Made by a program: the position numbers and the translations under genes | Part shown: positions 55,926-64,000 of the stretch, piece after piece | How the letters are laid out: each line of letters begins with the position of its first letter | How positions within the stretch are numbered: position 1 is the first letter of the stretch | Source of the DNA: Gemmatimonadales bacterium | GTDB lineage: Bacteria; Gemmatimonadota; Gemmatimonadetes; Gemmatimonadales; GWC2-71-9 | Direction: 5' to 3' | Length of the DNA: 64,000 nucleotides | Assembly: GCA_035518815.1 (NCBI GenBank) | Contig: DATIXG010000072.1 | Coordinates: forward strand, 119,348 to 183,347 | Notes under the pieces: generated by a model | Database searches by the model: none | What the model was told of the DNA's origin: nothing | Seen by the model: the letters and a program-made list of their open reading frames with translations, nothing else

Positions 55926-58316
55926 ATGCGCAGCATTCCATTTCCATACCTGGCGCGAGCCCTGGTATTTCTCGCGCTCGTTGCCGCACCTCGCACCGCT
56001 CACTCGACCCCCGCGCCCAAGGTGTCAGGCCGCGTCGCGGCCGTCGGCGGAGCACCCGCCGCCATCCCGGCCACCGGCGTCGGGGACATCAGCGGTGCCG
56101 TGACCGACAGCGTCACCGGGAAGCCGTTGCCGGGCGGCGAGGTGCGAATCGTCCAACGTGGGAACGTGGTCGCGACGACGACCACCGACGCGTTCGGCGA
56201 GTTCATCGTACACAACCTCGCGGCGGGCTCCTACACCGTCGAAGTCCGCTACCTGGGCTATCGCGTTGCGTCGCGCGAGGTCAACCTGACCGGAGCAGCC
56301 GCGCAACAAGCGCTCGCCTTCCAAATGGCGCCCATCCCCGTCAACCTCGAGGCGGTGCAGGTCCGGGCGGAGGTGCCGCTCGCCGTGGACACAAGGACCG
56401 GAAATCAGGTGTTCAAGCAGAACGACTACCACGGCGCACCCAGCAGCACCGCGTCGCAGATCCTGCAGCAGTCCATCGCGGGGGCGGCGCGGGCGCCGAC
56501 GGGCGAGGTCCACATTCGGGGCCAGCACGCCGAGTACACCTACTACGTCGACGGCATCCCGGTCCAATCGGGAATCTCGGGCAGCCTGAACGAGTTGTTC
56601 GACCCCGAGGTCGTGAATCAGATCGTCTTTCAGACGGGCGGGTGGGACCCTGAGTTCGGGAACAAAAACGCGGCGATCGTCAACGTCACCACGCGCATCC
56701 CCGCCGGCGGATTCCATGCCGACCTCGGGGCGTATGGCGGGTCATTCACCACGAACGGCCAGTCGCTCAACCTGAGTACCAACGCCGGTAAGTGGGGGTT
56801 CTTCGCGTCGGGCACCCGGAAAGTCACGGATATGCGTCAGGAGCCCGTCGCCTTCGACACCGTCACCAATGAGCCCTTCAACTACCACAACGACGGTGAG
56901 GACCTGTTCGGGTTCGGCAAGATCGAGTATGTCCCGTCCGCACACGACGTCGTGAACCTCGACGTGAACTGGTCGCGTACGCATTTCGCCGTGCCCTTCG
57001 ACTCGTCGCAGGGGATCACCGACGCTCATCAACAGGATGTAAACGGTTTCGTCAATCTCGGGTGGCGGCACCGCTTCGCCGTCGAGCAGGGAGAGGGAGG
57101 GCGCGCGTCGGAGCTGTTTGCCGGCGGCTTCTATCGGAACGGCAGCTTGACCTACACACCCGGCGTCGCGGACGAGCCGTCATTCGTCTTCTATCCCGAC
57201 ACGACGACAGCTTACAACCTCAGCGAGGACAGGAATTTCAACTCGGTGGGCGCAAAGCTTGATTACCTGTTCCGCCCGCACCACGGTCTCGAGTTCAAGC
57301 TCGGCGCTCAGGGGTCAATCACGCGTGGGCACGAGGATTTCGAGACGGTCGATTCGGCTGGCAACCCGGGCCCCGCCTCCAACTCGGACCTGAATGGCAG
57401 CGACGTCGGCGCCTACGCGCAGGTAGCCATCTCCCCCTCGGACCGGTGGGAGCTCCGGACCGGGCTCCGCTTCGACAATCACAACGCGCCGTTCGCGGGC
57501 AACCAGAACCAGCTGAGCCCGCGAGTGAAGCTCAGTTTCCTGGCGGATCCGGCCAACACGTTCTGGGTATACTACGGGCGCCTCTTTATTCCGACGAATG
57601 TGGAGGACTTACGAGCGATCACGAGCGTCGCCCAGGGCGACACCGTGGCCGAGCCGACGCTGCCCGAGCGGGATGACTTTTTCGAAGTAGGCTACGTCCA
57701 CCGCTTCTCGTTCGGCGTCGTGACGAAGCTCTCCGGCTACTACAAGGTCAGCAAGCCAGGGATTGACGACAACACGGTTCCTGGGTCGTCGATCGTGACC
57801 TCGGTGAACATCGAGGAGGTTCACACCACGGGGATCGAGGCGGTTGTGGAGGTGCGGACGCGAGGCCCCTTCTCGGGCTACCTGAACTTCGCGTTGAACC
57901 ACGCCTACGGCTCCGGGGCGATCACAGGGGGATTCTTCCCAACGGCGCCGCCGGCCGGCGATTTCGACCTCGATCACGACCAGCGGATCTCGGTGGCGGG
58001 GAATGCGATCTACGCACACCACGGCTGGTATCTGTCGGCGACCGGGATCTATGGGACGGGCCTCACGAACGGCAACGAAGACGCCACCTTCGGCACCCGC
58101 CTGCTGGACTTCAATGCGGATGGGCACGTGGCCCCGAACTTCATTCTCAACGCCAGCGTGGGCTACACGTGGGTGGTCGGGAGCACCGCCATTCGGCCGC
58201 AGCTCTACGTGGACAACCTGCTCGACAACCACTACTTGCTAAAAGGGGCCTTCTTCAGTGGAGCGTCGGTTGGCCGGCCGCGTTCGGTCCAATTTCGCGT
58301 GAGCATGGGGGTCTAG
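55926..58316 (+). CDS. TonB-dependent receptor with N-terminal carboxypeptidase-regulatory-like domain
   Basis: 796 aa. GGGAGG RBS. Signal ..LVAAPRTAHS. ISGAVTDSVTGKPLPGGEVRIV...GSYTVEVRYLGY (CarboxypepD_reg-like), then plug and a 22-strand-type barrel. Confidence 0.85.
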   Translation: MRSIPFPYLARALVFLALVAAPRTAHSTPAPKVSGRVAAVGGAPAAIPATGVGDISGAVTDSVTGKPLPGGEVRIVQRGNVVATTTTDAFGEFIVHNLAAGSYTVEVRYLGYRVASREVNLTGAAAQQALAFQMAPIPVNLEAVQVRAEVPLAVDTRTGNQVFKQNDYHGAPSSTASQILQQSIAGAARAPTGEVHIRGQHAEYTYYVDGIPVQSGISGSLNELFDPEVVNQIVFQTGGWDPEFGNKNAAIVNVTTRIPAGGFHADLGAYGGSFTTNGQSLNLSTNAGKWGFFASGTRKVTDMRQEPVAFDTVTNEPFNYHNDGEDLFGFGKIEYVPSAHDVVNLDVNWSRTHFAVPFDSSQGITDAHQQDVNGFVNLGWRHRFAVEQGEGGRASELFAGGFYRNGSLTYTPGVADEPSFVFYPDTTTAYNLSEDRNFNSVGAKLDYLFRPHHGLEFKLGAQGSITRGHEDFETVDSAGNPGPASNSDLNGSDVGAYAQVAISPSDRWELRTGLRFDNHNAPFAGNQNQLSPRVKLSFLADPANTFWVYYGRLFIPTNVEDLRAITSVAQGDTVAEPTLPERDDFFEVGYVHRFSFGVVTKLSGYYKVSKPGIDDNTVPGSSIVTSVNIEEVHTTGIEAVVEVRTRGPFSGYLNFALNHAYGSGAITGGFFPTAPPAGDFDLDHDQRISVAGNAIYAHHGWYLSATGIYGTGLTNGNEDATFGTRLLDFNADGHVAPNFILNASVGYTWVVGSTAIRPQLYVDNLLDNHYLLKGAFFSGASVGRPRSVQFRVSMGV

Positions 58317-58358
58317 AGATGCTTCTCGACCTGTCGCGGCGTTCATCGCCCGCGTAAC

Positions 58359-60284
58359 GTGGGCGTACTGAGCGCCGCGGTACGGCTTGCGGCAGGCCTC
58401 GGCGTGGTCGCCGGAGTCGGCGCGGCGCAGAGCACGGGTGACAGCGCCGAGGCCCCGCCTGCCAGTCTCATCGAGCTACTCGAGGAGACGCCCGGCATTC
58501 GTGTGGAGACCACATCCCCGGGGCTCGGCTCGGTGGGGATTCGCATTCAAGGTCTCCCGGGCGAATACACCGAGGTACTCGTCGACGGACTCCCGCTGCT
58601 CGGCGTCCAATCCGGAGGGTTGGGGTTCGCGCAGGTGTCGGCGCTCGACATCGAGCGCGTGGAGGTGGTCAAGGGTCCGGCGACGGCCTTGTACGGACCG
58701 TCCTCGTTGGGCGGGATCGTGAATCTCATTTCCCGTCCGCCCGGCGGTGCACCGGAGGTCGTGCTCAATCAGACCTCCCAGGACGGCACCGATCTCATGG
58801 CCTGGTTGTCTCAGGGTCTCGGAGACCGCTGGGGTCTCACGGTCCTCGGCGGCGCGCACCGGCAGGGCGCGCAGGATGTCAACAACGACGCCTGGGCCGA
58901 CGTGCCGGGCTTCCAGCGCATCGAGCTACGACCTCGGCTCTTCTGGAAGACTCCGCGCGGCGCCTCGCTCGTCGCGACCCTGGGCGGGATGTCCGAAGAG
59001 CGCGCGGGTGGGACCCTGCCGGGAATGATCCTGGCCGACGGACAGTCCTTCGCCACGTCCGCGAACACCAACCGTGCGGATGTGGGACTGGTCGGCGTGT
59101 TTCCGGTAGCCGGTGCCGACACATTCACCGTGCGGGGATCGGCGGCCGGCGCGTGGGAGCGGGAAACATTCGGACCGACCACCCAGCGCTACGTGCAGCA
59201 CGGGGAGTACCACACGGCCTTCACTCAGGCCACGCTGACTGTCCCCGGCTCCAAAGTCACATGGGTCGTCGGGGCGGCGTACGAGCAGAATGCGTTTCAT
59301 TCCCCCGACCTGGCGGGGTTCGAATACACGTACAACACACCGTCCCTGCTGGCGCAGGCGACCGTGGCCCTCGGCTCGAGGTTCAGTGTGATGGCGAACG
59401 GCCGCTGTGACTGGCAGAGCGAATACGGCACCACGTGCAGCCCGCGCGGGACTGCGTTGTTCCGCGGGCCGGGACGGTGGGAGGTCTGGCTATCTGGCGC
59501 GACCGGATTCTTCGCACCGACCCCGTTTCTCGACGAGACCGAGGGGATCCCCCTCGCTCGACTCGTTCCGTTCACGACGCGGGTCATCACGATTTGCAGC
59601 GCCGGCCTCTGCTCGAGCGACTCGGGGGGCGTGCGCACCACGGCGCCCTTCTCGATTGCGGCACAACGGGCCCGCTACGGCTCGCTCGATTTCGCGCGAC
59701 GCGTGAAAGGGCTCGAGCTTGGGGCAACGTTCTTCACGGCCAGTGTCGACCACCCCCTCATCCTCTCGGAGCTGAACCCGTTCGACGAGCGCCCACAACT
59801 GGTCAACGCCTCCGGCCCGCTTCGCACCGCAGGCGCGGAGCTCGCCGTAGTCTATGCTCCGCGGACCATACGGATTGCGGCAGACTACACCTACCTCCAC
59901 TCGACGCTGATTTCCGCAGCGACGGCCAGCCGCGTTGAGGCACCACTCACCCCCCGGCACAGCGGGGCGCTCGATGTCGGGTGGAGGGAAGCCTCCCGCA
60001 GGACACGCCTGGGGCTTCACATCGCCTATACTGGTCGGCAAGCCGTCTTCGACGACCCCTACCGCACCGCGACCCCGTCTTACGCGACCGTCGCGTTCCG
60101 CGCCTCGCGCCGCATCGGCGTCATCGACTTGTACCTGAACGGCGAGAACCTCGGCAACGTGCGACAGACGCAGTACGACCCCCTGCTCATGCATGCGCCG
60201 AGCGCGGAGCTGCAGTGGACCACTGAGGTGTGGGCTCCGCTGGAGGGGCGCGTGCTCAACGCCGGCGTGCGGGTCGCGTTCTAA
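58359..60284 (+). CDS. TonB-dependent receptor (plug + barrel)
   Basis: 641 aa. GTG start. Plug motifs IRIQGLPGEYTEVLVDGLPL, VEVVKGPATALYGPSSLGGIVNLISR. C-terminal ...NAGVRVAF ends in an aromatic residue. Confidence 0.85.
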   Translation: MGVLSAAVRLAAGLGVVAGVGAAQSTGDSAEAPPASLIELLEETPGIRVETTSPGLGSVGIRIQGLPGEYTEVLVDGLPLLGVQSGGLGFAQVSALDIERVEVVKGPATALYGPSSLGGIVNLISRPPGGAPEVVLNQTSQDGTDLMAWLSQGLGDRWGLTVLGGAHRQGAQDVNNDAWADVPGFQRIELRPRLFWKTPRGASLVATLGGMSEERAGGTLPGMILADGQSFATSANTNRADVGLVGVFPVAGADTFTVRGSAAGAWERETFGPTTQRYVQHGEYHTAFTQATLTVPGSKVTWVVGAAYEQNAFHSPDLAGFEYTYNTPSLLAQATVALGSRFSVMANGRCDWQSEYGTTCSPRGTALFRGPGRWEVWLSGATGFFAPTPFLDETEGIPLARLVPFTTRVITICSAGLCSSDSGGVRTTAPFSIAAQRARYGSLDFARRVKGLELGATFFTASVDHPLILSELNPFDERPQLVNASGPLRTAGAELAVVYAPRTIRIAADYTYLHSTLISAATASRVEAPLTPRHSGALDVGWREASRRTRLGLHIAYTGRQAVFDDPYRTATPSYATVAFRASRRIGVIDLYLNGENLGNVRQTQYDPLLMHAPSAELQWTTEVWAPLEGRVLNAGVRVAF

Positions 60285-60312
60285 GCTCCGAGGGCCACTC
60301 CTGAAATGAAAC

Positions 60313-60333
60313 GAGGCGGCACAAGGCCGCCTC
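60313..60333. terminator. Perfect hairpin between the converging receptor and membrane-protein genes
   Basis: GAGGCGGC-acaag-GCCGCCTC, 29 nt after the receptor stop. The minus-strand side is followed by GTTTCATTTC. Confidence 0.45.
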
Positions 60334-60372
60334 GCTCCTCTCAGGCAATTCTCCTGCAACTTCCACCGGGGA

Positions 60373-60468
60373 TTACGACCGGCATCCGACAATGGTCGCC
60401 GGAGCGGTCTGCAGGGGCACTATCCCTGCAACATCTTCTACCGCGCAGTCCGGCTCACGTTCCCCCCG
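60373..60468 (-). pseudogene. Remnant homologous to the last ~31 codons of the beta-propeller gene at 53293..55311
   Basis: My minus-strand translation gives ..GEREPDCAVEDVAGIVPLQTAPATIVGCRS-stop. The propeller C-terminus is ..GKEREPVYAVDDVAGMLFLRTAPTTIVGYRL-stop. About 20/31 residues identical with stops aligned. An in-frame TAG lies upstream and there is no credible start. Confidence 0.65.
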
Positions 60469-60516
60469 GCCGCGCAACGGCTCGACTCGCGTCCCTGGTC
60501 CTGCCAAGGTGCAGCT

Positions 60517-61038
60517 CTATGAGCACTTAGGCGAGGGAAACACCGCCATTTTCACGATGCCCACCAGCTGCACGCCCACAAGCAGCACCAAGAGGAACCA
60601 CGTGAGCCGTCGCGAACGGGCCCGCGAATCCAGCGAACGGCGGTAGACGCTCCAGCCGACAAAGACGACCAGCGTCTCCACTAGCAGGTCCAGGGCCGGA
60701 TAGTCGTACAGCGACAGGCCGATCATCGGGCCCCCGGGCCATGTGGGCTTGTAGCCGGTGAGATAGTCGGCGAGGGCGTGCGAGACGACGGTGGCCGCAA
60801 TGACAGCCGTAGCCCCGCGACTGCGGGTCCACCCGAACGCTGCCAGCCCGAACAGAGTGGCGAGCACCAGAACGGCGGGGATGGAGTGCGACACCATCGC
60901 GGACGCGTCGGGGGCGGTTACGCACCCGACGACCTGCACCCAATCGCACGCCTGCGTCGCGACGACCAGGAGCCAGAGCGGTGCGTCGCGCCGCAGACCG
61001 CGGGCGCCGAGGGCGATCCCCAGATGACCGGCGTACAC
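60517..61038 (-). CDS. Hypothetical polytopic membrane protein
   Basis: 173 aa. GTG start. Five or so hydrophobic helices. Loosely resembles membrane-bound metal-dependent hydrolase (YdjM-like) proteins, but I cannot confirm this. Confidence 0.55.
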   Translation of the reverse strand: MYAGHLGIALGARGLRRDAPLWLLVVATQACDWVQVVGCVTAPDASAMVSHSIPAVLVLATLFGLAAFGWTRSRGATAVIAATVVSHALADYLTGYKPTWPGGPMIGLSLYDYPALDLLVETLVVFVGWSVYRRSLDSRARSRRLTWFLLVLLVGVQLVGIVKMAVFPSPKCS

Positions 61039-61174
61039 CTATGGGCTGGGCGGACCGCGCCGGAGCCGGCGATCGATCACGACCGTCAGCACGGCGGGCA
61101 CGAGGAGCGCGACGACGAGGAGGTACGGGTACATTGCGAGCGCTGCATTATACCCAGTTGCGCCGAGGTCGCTC

Positions 61175-62893
61175 ATGCAAAACCCCGACATCGCCCGTGC
61201 CTTCGACGAGGTCGCCGACCTCCTCGAGATCAAGGACGAGAACCCGTTTCGTATCCGCGCCTACCGTAATGCGGCGCGCGCCATCCGCGACTTCCCCGAC
61301 CCCGCGGCGGATTGGGTGCGCGCCGGGCGTGACCTGACCGAGATCCCGGGAATCGGCGAGGACCTGGCCGAGAAGATCGCGGCCCTCGTGCGGACCGGCG
61401 AGCTGCCGCTGCGCAAACAACTCCTGGCCAAGCTGCCCGCCGGCCTCCTCGATCTGCTGCGCATCCCGGGACTCGGCCCCAAGCGGGTCAAGCTGCTCTA
61501 CTCGAAACTCAAGATCAAAACGGCCGCCGATCTCGAGAAAGCGCTCGACGCCGGGAAGGTGACGAAGCTCAAGGGGTTCGGCCCCAAGATGGAGGAGAAG
61601 CTGCGCGCGGGACTCGGCCTAGCGCAGGTCACCGAGCGCCGGTTGCTCCTCAACGAGGCGGAGATTCAGGCGGACGCCGTGGTCAACTATCTCAAGGCAG
61701 GCGGTGGTATCCGCGAGATCGCGGTCGCCGGCAGCTACCGGCGCCGCCGGGAAACGATCGGCGATCTCGACATCCTCGCCACGGCGACGAGCAGCGCGAA
61801 GGTGATGCAACGCTTCACCGCGTATCCCGATGTCGCCGAGATCGTCTCCAAGGGCGAGACACGCTCGACGGTGAAGCTCGCGGGCGGGTTGCAGGTGGAC
61901 CTGCGAGCGGTCGAGCCCGCCTCGTACGGCGCCGCCCTCCAGTACTTCACCGGCTCCAAGGCCCACAACGTCGAGCTGCGCAAGATCGCGCAGGACCAGG
62001 GCTACAAGCTGAATGAGTACGGTCTCTTCAAGGGCGCGCGCCGCGTGGCGGGCAAGACCGAGGAGGAGATCTACGCCAAGCTCGGGCTGGACTGGATTCC
62101 GCCGGAGCTGAGGGAAGAGCGCGGCGAAATCGCCCTCGCGCGCGAGCATCGGTTGCCGAAGCTCGTAGCCGTGGACGACATGCGCGGCGACCTGCAGATG
62201 CACACGAACACGACCGACGGCAAGGGCACGATCGACGAGATGGCGCAGGCGGCGCAGGCCCGCGGGTACGAGTACATCGCGATCACGGATCACTCGAAGC
62301 GCGTCATGATGGCCCATGGGCTCGACGCCGCCGGCCTGCGCGCGCAGTGGAAGGTGATCGACGCGTGGAACGCCGCCGCGCGCGGCTTCACGATCCTGAA
62401 GAGCGTGGAGATGGATATCCTCGAGTCGGGCGAGCTCGACCTGCCCGACGACGTGCTCGCCGAGGCCGACTACGTGGTGGCCACGATTCACTACGGCATC
62501 GCGCAACCGGAGAAAGAGATCACGCGCCGGATGCTGGGCGCGGTGCGGCACCGCTGGGTGGACGCGATCGGGCATCCGACGGGCCGGATTCTCGGCAAGC
62601 GCGAGCCCTATCCCCTCGACTTCGACGCGGTGGCCCGCGCGGCCGCGGCGGAGGGGTGCTTGCTCGAGCTGAACGGCCACCCGGACCGCATGGACCTGCC
62701 CGACACGCTGGCCGCGGCCGCGAAACAGCTCGGCGCGCGGTTCGTGCTGTCCACCGACAGCCATCAGCCAGGCAATCTCGCGTTCATGAAGTACGCCGTG
62801 GATCTGGCGCGAAGAGCCGGACTCGAGGCGGGGGACATCCTCAACACCAGGCCGCTGGCGGATTTTCGAAAGGGCCTGAAGCGGGCCCGCTAG
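61175..62893 (+). CDS. polX: DNA polymerase X family protein with C-terminal PHP domain
   Basis: 572 aa. Starts IARAFDEVADLLEIKDENPFRIRAYRNAARAI. Helix-hairpin-helix units (IPGIGEDLAEKI, IPGLGPKRVKLL), GSYRRRRETIGDLDIL, and PHP motifs LQMHTNTTDG and ITDHS. Confidence 0.9.
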   Translation: MQNPDIARAFDEVADLLEIKDENPFRIRAYRNAARAIRDFPDPAADWVRAGRDLTEIPGIGEDLAEKIAALVRTGELPLRKQLLAKLPAGLLDLLRIPGLGPKRVKLLYSKLKIKTAADLEKALDAGKVTKLKGFGPKMEEKLRAGLGLAQVTERRLLLNEAEIQADAVVNYLKAGGGIREIAVAGSYRRRRETIGDLDILATATSSAKVMQRFTAYPDVAEIVSKGETRSTVKLAGGLQVDLRAVEPASYGAALQYFTGSKAHNVELRKIAQDQGYKLNEYGLFKGARRVAGKTEEEIYAKLGLDWIPPELREERGEIALAREHRLPKLVAVDDMRGDLQMHTNTTDGKGTIDEMAQAAQARGYEYIAITDHSKRVMMAHGLDAAGLRAQWKVIDAWNAAARGFTILKSVEMDILESGELDLPDDVLAEADYVVATIHYGIAQPEKEITRRMLGAVRHRWVDAIGHPTGRILGKREPYPLDFDAVARAAAAEGCLLELNGHPDRMDLPDTLAAAAKQLGARFVLSTDSHQPGNLAFMKYAVDLARRAGLEAGDILNTRPLADFRKGLKRAR

Positions 62894-63690
62894 GCGCTCC
62901 CCGTCTTTCGCTCGCGCTTCGCCGCCGCTCCCTGCCGGGGGGCCGGCTTCAAGCGCTGAAATCGGTAGCCGGCGCTGCGGACGGTCTCGATGCAGAGCCC
63001 TGCGTCGCCGAGCTTGTGGCGCAGCCGCTGGAGATGCATGTCCACCGTCCGCGTCGTCACATCTGATGGCGCCCCCCACACCGTTTCGAGCAGCTCCGCG
63101 CGGCTCTGCACGCGTCCTTCGCGCTGCATGAGCGTCCGGAGCAGCTTGAACTCGGTGGCCGTGAGCTTCACATCGTTGCCATGCACCAGCACCCGATGGG
63201 CGGTGCGATCGAGCACAATCGGTCCGACCGACAGCCGGCCCCCCGAGGAGACGCTGTGGGATACGAGCCGGCGGGTGATCGCGCGCACGCGGAGGACCAG
63301 CTCTTCGGCCGAGCAGGGCTTGGAGAGACAGTCATCCGCCCCGAGCGAAAGGCCTTTGATGCGGTCGGGCTCCCGGTCGCGCTCGACCAGAAACAGCACA
63401 CCGACCTCTCTCGTCTCTTCGCGCACTCGCAGCTGGGCAAGCACTTCGAAGCCGGAGAGTCCGACGAGGGCCGCGTCGAGCACGATGAGCGTGGGCCGCT
63501 CCTCGCGCGCGGTCTCGATCGCGTCGAGTCCATTGACGACAGTGCTGACCCGATAGCCGGCGCGCGCGAGATGATACGCGACCGCCGCGTTCAGATCCGC
63601 CTCACTCCCGGCGACGAGGACGCGGTGTGTACTTCCGCCGTTCCCGTGGGCGGCGGATTCACTCGTCTCGCGCATGGACCCGATTCCCAT
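62890..63690 (-). CDS. OmpR/PhoB-type response regulator with N- and C-terminal extensions
   Basis: 266 aa. Receiver LIVLDAALVGLSG. Winged helix LTATEFKLLRTLMQREGRVQSRAELL..VDMHLQRLRHKL..VRSAGYRF. An alternative start at 63675 is possible. Confidence 0.85.
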   Translation of the reverse strand: MGIGSMRETSESAAHGNGGSTHRVLVAGSEADLNAAVAYHLARAGYRVSTVVNGLDAIETAREERPTLIVLDAALVGLSGFEVLAQLRVREETREVGVLFLVERDREPDRIKGLSLGADDCLSKPCSAEELVLRVRAITRRLVSHSVSSGGRLSVGPIVLDRTAHRVLVHGNDVKLTATEFKLLRTLMQREGRVQSRAELLETVWGAPSDVTTRTVDMHLQRLRHKLGDAGLCIETVRSAGYRFQRLKPAPRQGAAAKRERKTGSA

Positions 63691-63719
63691 TGACGTGTCG
63701 CTGAATGTGACGTTCCCCC

Positions 63720-63746
63720 GTCACCGTTCGGTCACGCGTTCGTCAC
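63720..63746. promoter_or_regulatory. Three direct GTCAC repeats with exact 11-bp phasing upstream of the OmpR-type regulator gene
   Basis: GTCAC at 63720, 63731 and 63742 (GTCACCGTTCG GTCACGCGTTC GTCACGG). An inverted GTGAC lies at 63707-63711. Confidence 0.5.
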
Positions 63747-63848
63747 GGACTCTACAGCCCTTCTTGTGCGGTTCTTGCTGGGGTCGCGGTTACACGATTG
63801 TTGACCGCTACGGGCTGGGCCGTGACATGTGAGGTCTAGCGTCTCCCG

Positions 63849-64000
63849 GTGCCTCGGGGATGGGCAGGCTCTAAGGGGTGCGGCGCGGGTGTCGCCGCTG
63901 TGGCCGCGCTGGCGGCGCTGGGTGCCGCCTGCGACGCCGTGCTCCCCGCACCAATCGCGAACGGGGACATCCCCCTGCCCGGGCAGGCCTCGCTGCACTA
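63849..64000 (+). CDS. Partial CDS, signal-peptide/lipoprotein-like N-terminus (continues beyond the window)
   Basis: My translation from GTG 63849 gives VPRGWAGSKGCGAGVAAVAALAALGAACDAVLPAPIANGDIPLPGQASLH. An in-frame stop lies just upstream at 63837. The track's antisense ORF 63732..63998 looks like a shadow. Confidence 0.35.
   Translation, partial: MPRGWAGSKGCGAGVAAVAALAALGAACDAVLPAPIANGDIPLPGQASLH

Noticed and set aside
53078-60468. Genomic island integrated at tRNA-Lys, suggested by the direct repeats of the propeller gene's 3' end
   Set aside because: There is no integrase, transposase, phage or conjugation gene. The repeats are not derived from the tRNA 3' end and are only about 75% identical. 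GC content and codon usage look native. The observation is kept as a finding about locus history, not as a mobile element.
61039-61233. 64-aa minus-strand ORF upstream of the membrane-protein gene (possible 31-aa peptide MYPYLLVVALLVPAVLTVVIDRRLRRGPPSP from 61134)
   Set aside because: The long form overlaps the polX start region. The short hydrophobic peptide is plausible (its stop abuts the next GTG start) but has no RBS or conservation evidence I can assess, so it is not reported as a feature.
63732-63998. 88-aa minus-strand ORF at the window edge
   Set aside because: Arg/Gly/Pro-rich with no motif. The opposite strand gives a much more protein-like signal-peptide sequence from GTG 63849.
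1-64000. CRISPR arrays, rRNA genes, insertion sequences, retron/RT-like genes and toxin-antitoxin pairs
   Set aside because: I read the intergenic regions and ORF translations on both strands. I found no repeat-spacer periodicity, no rRNA-like conserved blocks, no DDE/tyrosine/serine recombinase or RT motifs, and no small adjacent ORF pairs with TA-like features.

Overview
This is a very GC-rich (roughly 68-70% by eye), densely packed chromosomal segment from a Gram-negative bacterium. The Gram-negative call rests on an LPS heptosyltransferase, TonB-dependent receptors and lipoprotein signals. The phylum cannot be determined without a database search. I call about 59 protein-coding genes, 2 tRNAs (Asn-GTT, Lys-TTT), one gene remnant and a handful of candidate regulatory repeats and hairpins. 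I saw no rRNA, CRISPR array, transposase, integrase or prophage genes. Many adjacent genes are translationally coupled through ATGA/GTGA/TTGA overlaps. Recognisable housekeeping genes are mfd (partial), rho, lepA, ftsE/ftsX plus an M23 EnvC-like gene, pcm, nfo, maeB, uvrA, holB, ilvE and polX. There is also a HlyD/ABC/ABC-2 exporter and two large hybrid histidine kinases. Most long ORFs in the track that run antisense to these genes are high-GC shadow ORFs. Six loci deserve a second look. (1) A beta-propeller, a secreted Cys/His mini-protein and two TonB-dependent receptors lie next to tRNA-Lys; the cassette is bracketed by a decayed direct copy of the propeller gene's 3' end. (2) A paralog of the same Cys/His mini-protein heads a porin/ZnuA/ZnuB-like cluster that has no ATPase gene. 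(3) A GHKL-ATPase and a DUF4325/STAS-like protein form a pair embedded in a sugar-kinase operon. (4) Three unknown small ORFs are translationally coupled to an MltD-like lytic transglycosylase. (5) A UPF0104, triple-FHA and PP2C operon has no kinase in the window. (6) Several sequence-level regulatory candidates: a perfect TGTGA-N6-TCACA palindrome, 11-bp phased repeats upstream of an OmpR-type regulator, GGTGTC repeats upstream of uvrA, and a terminator-like hairpin in the ilvE leader. All family assignments come from motif recognition by eye. No searches were run.
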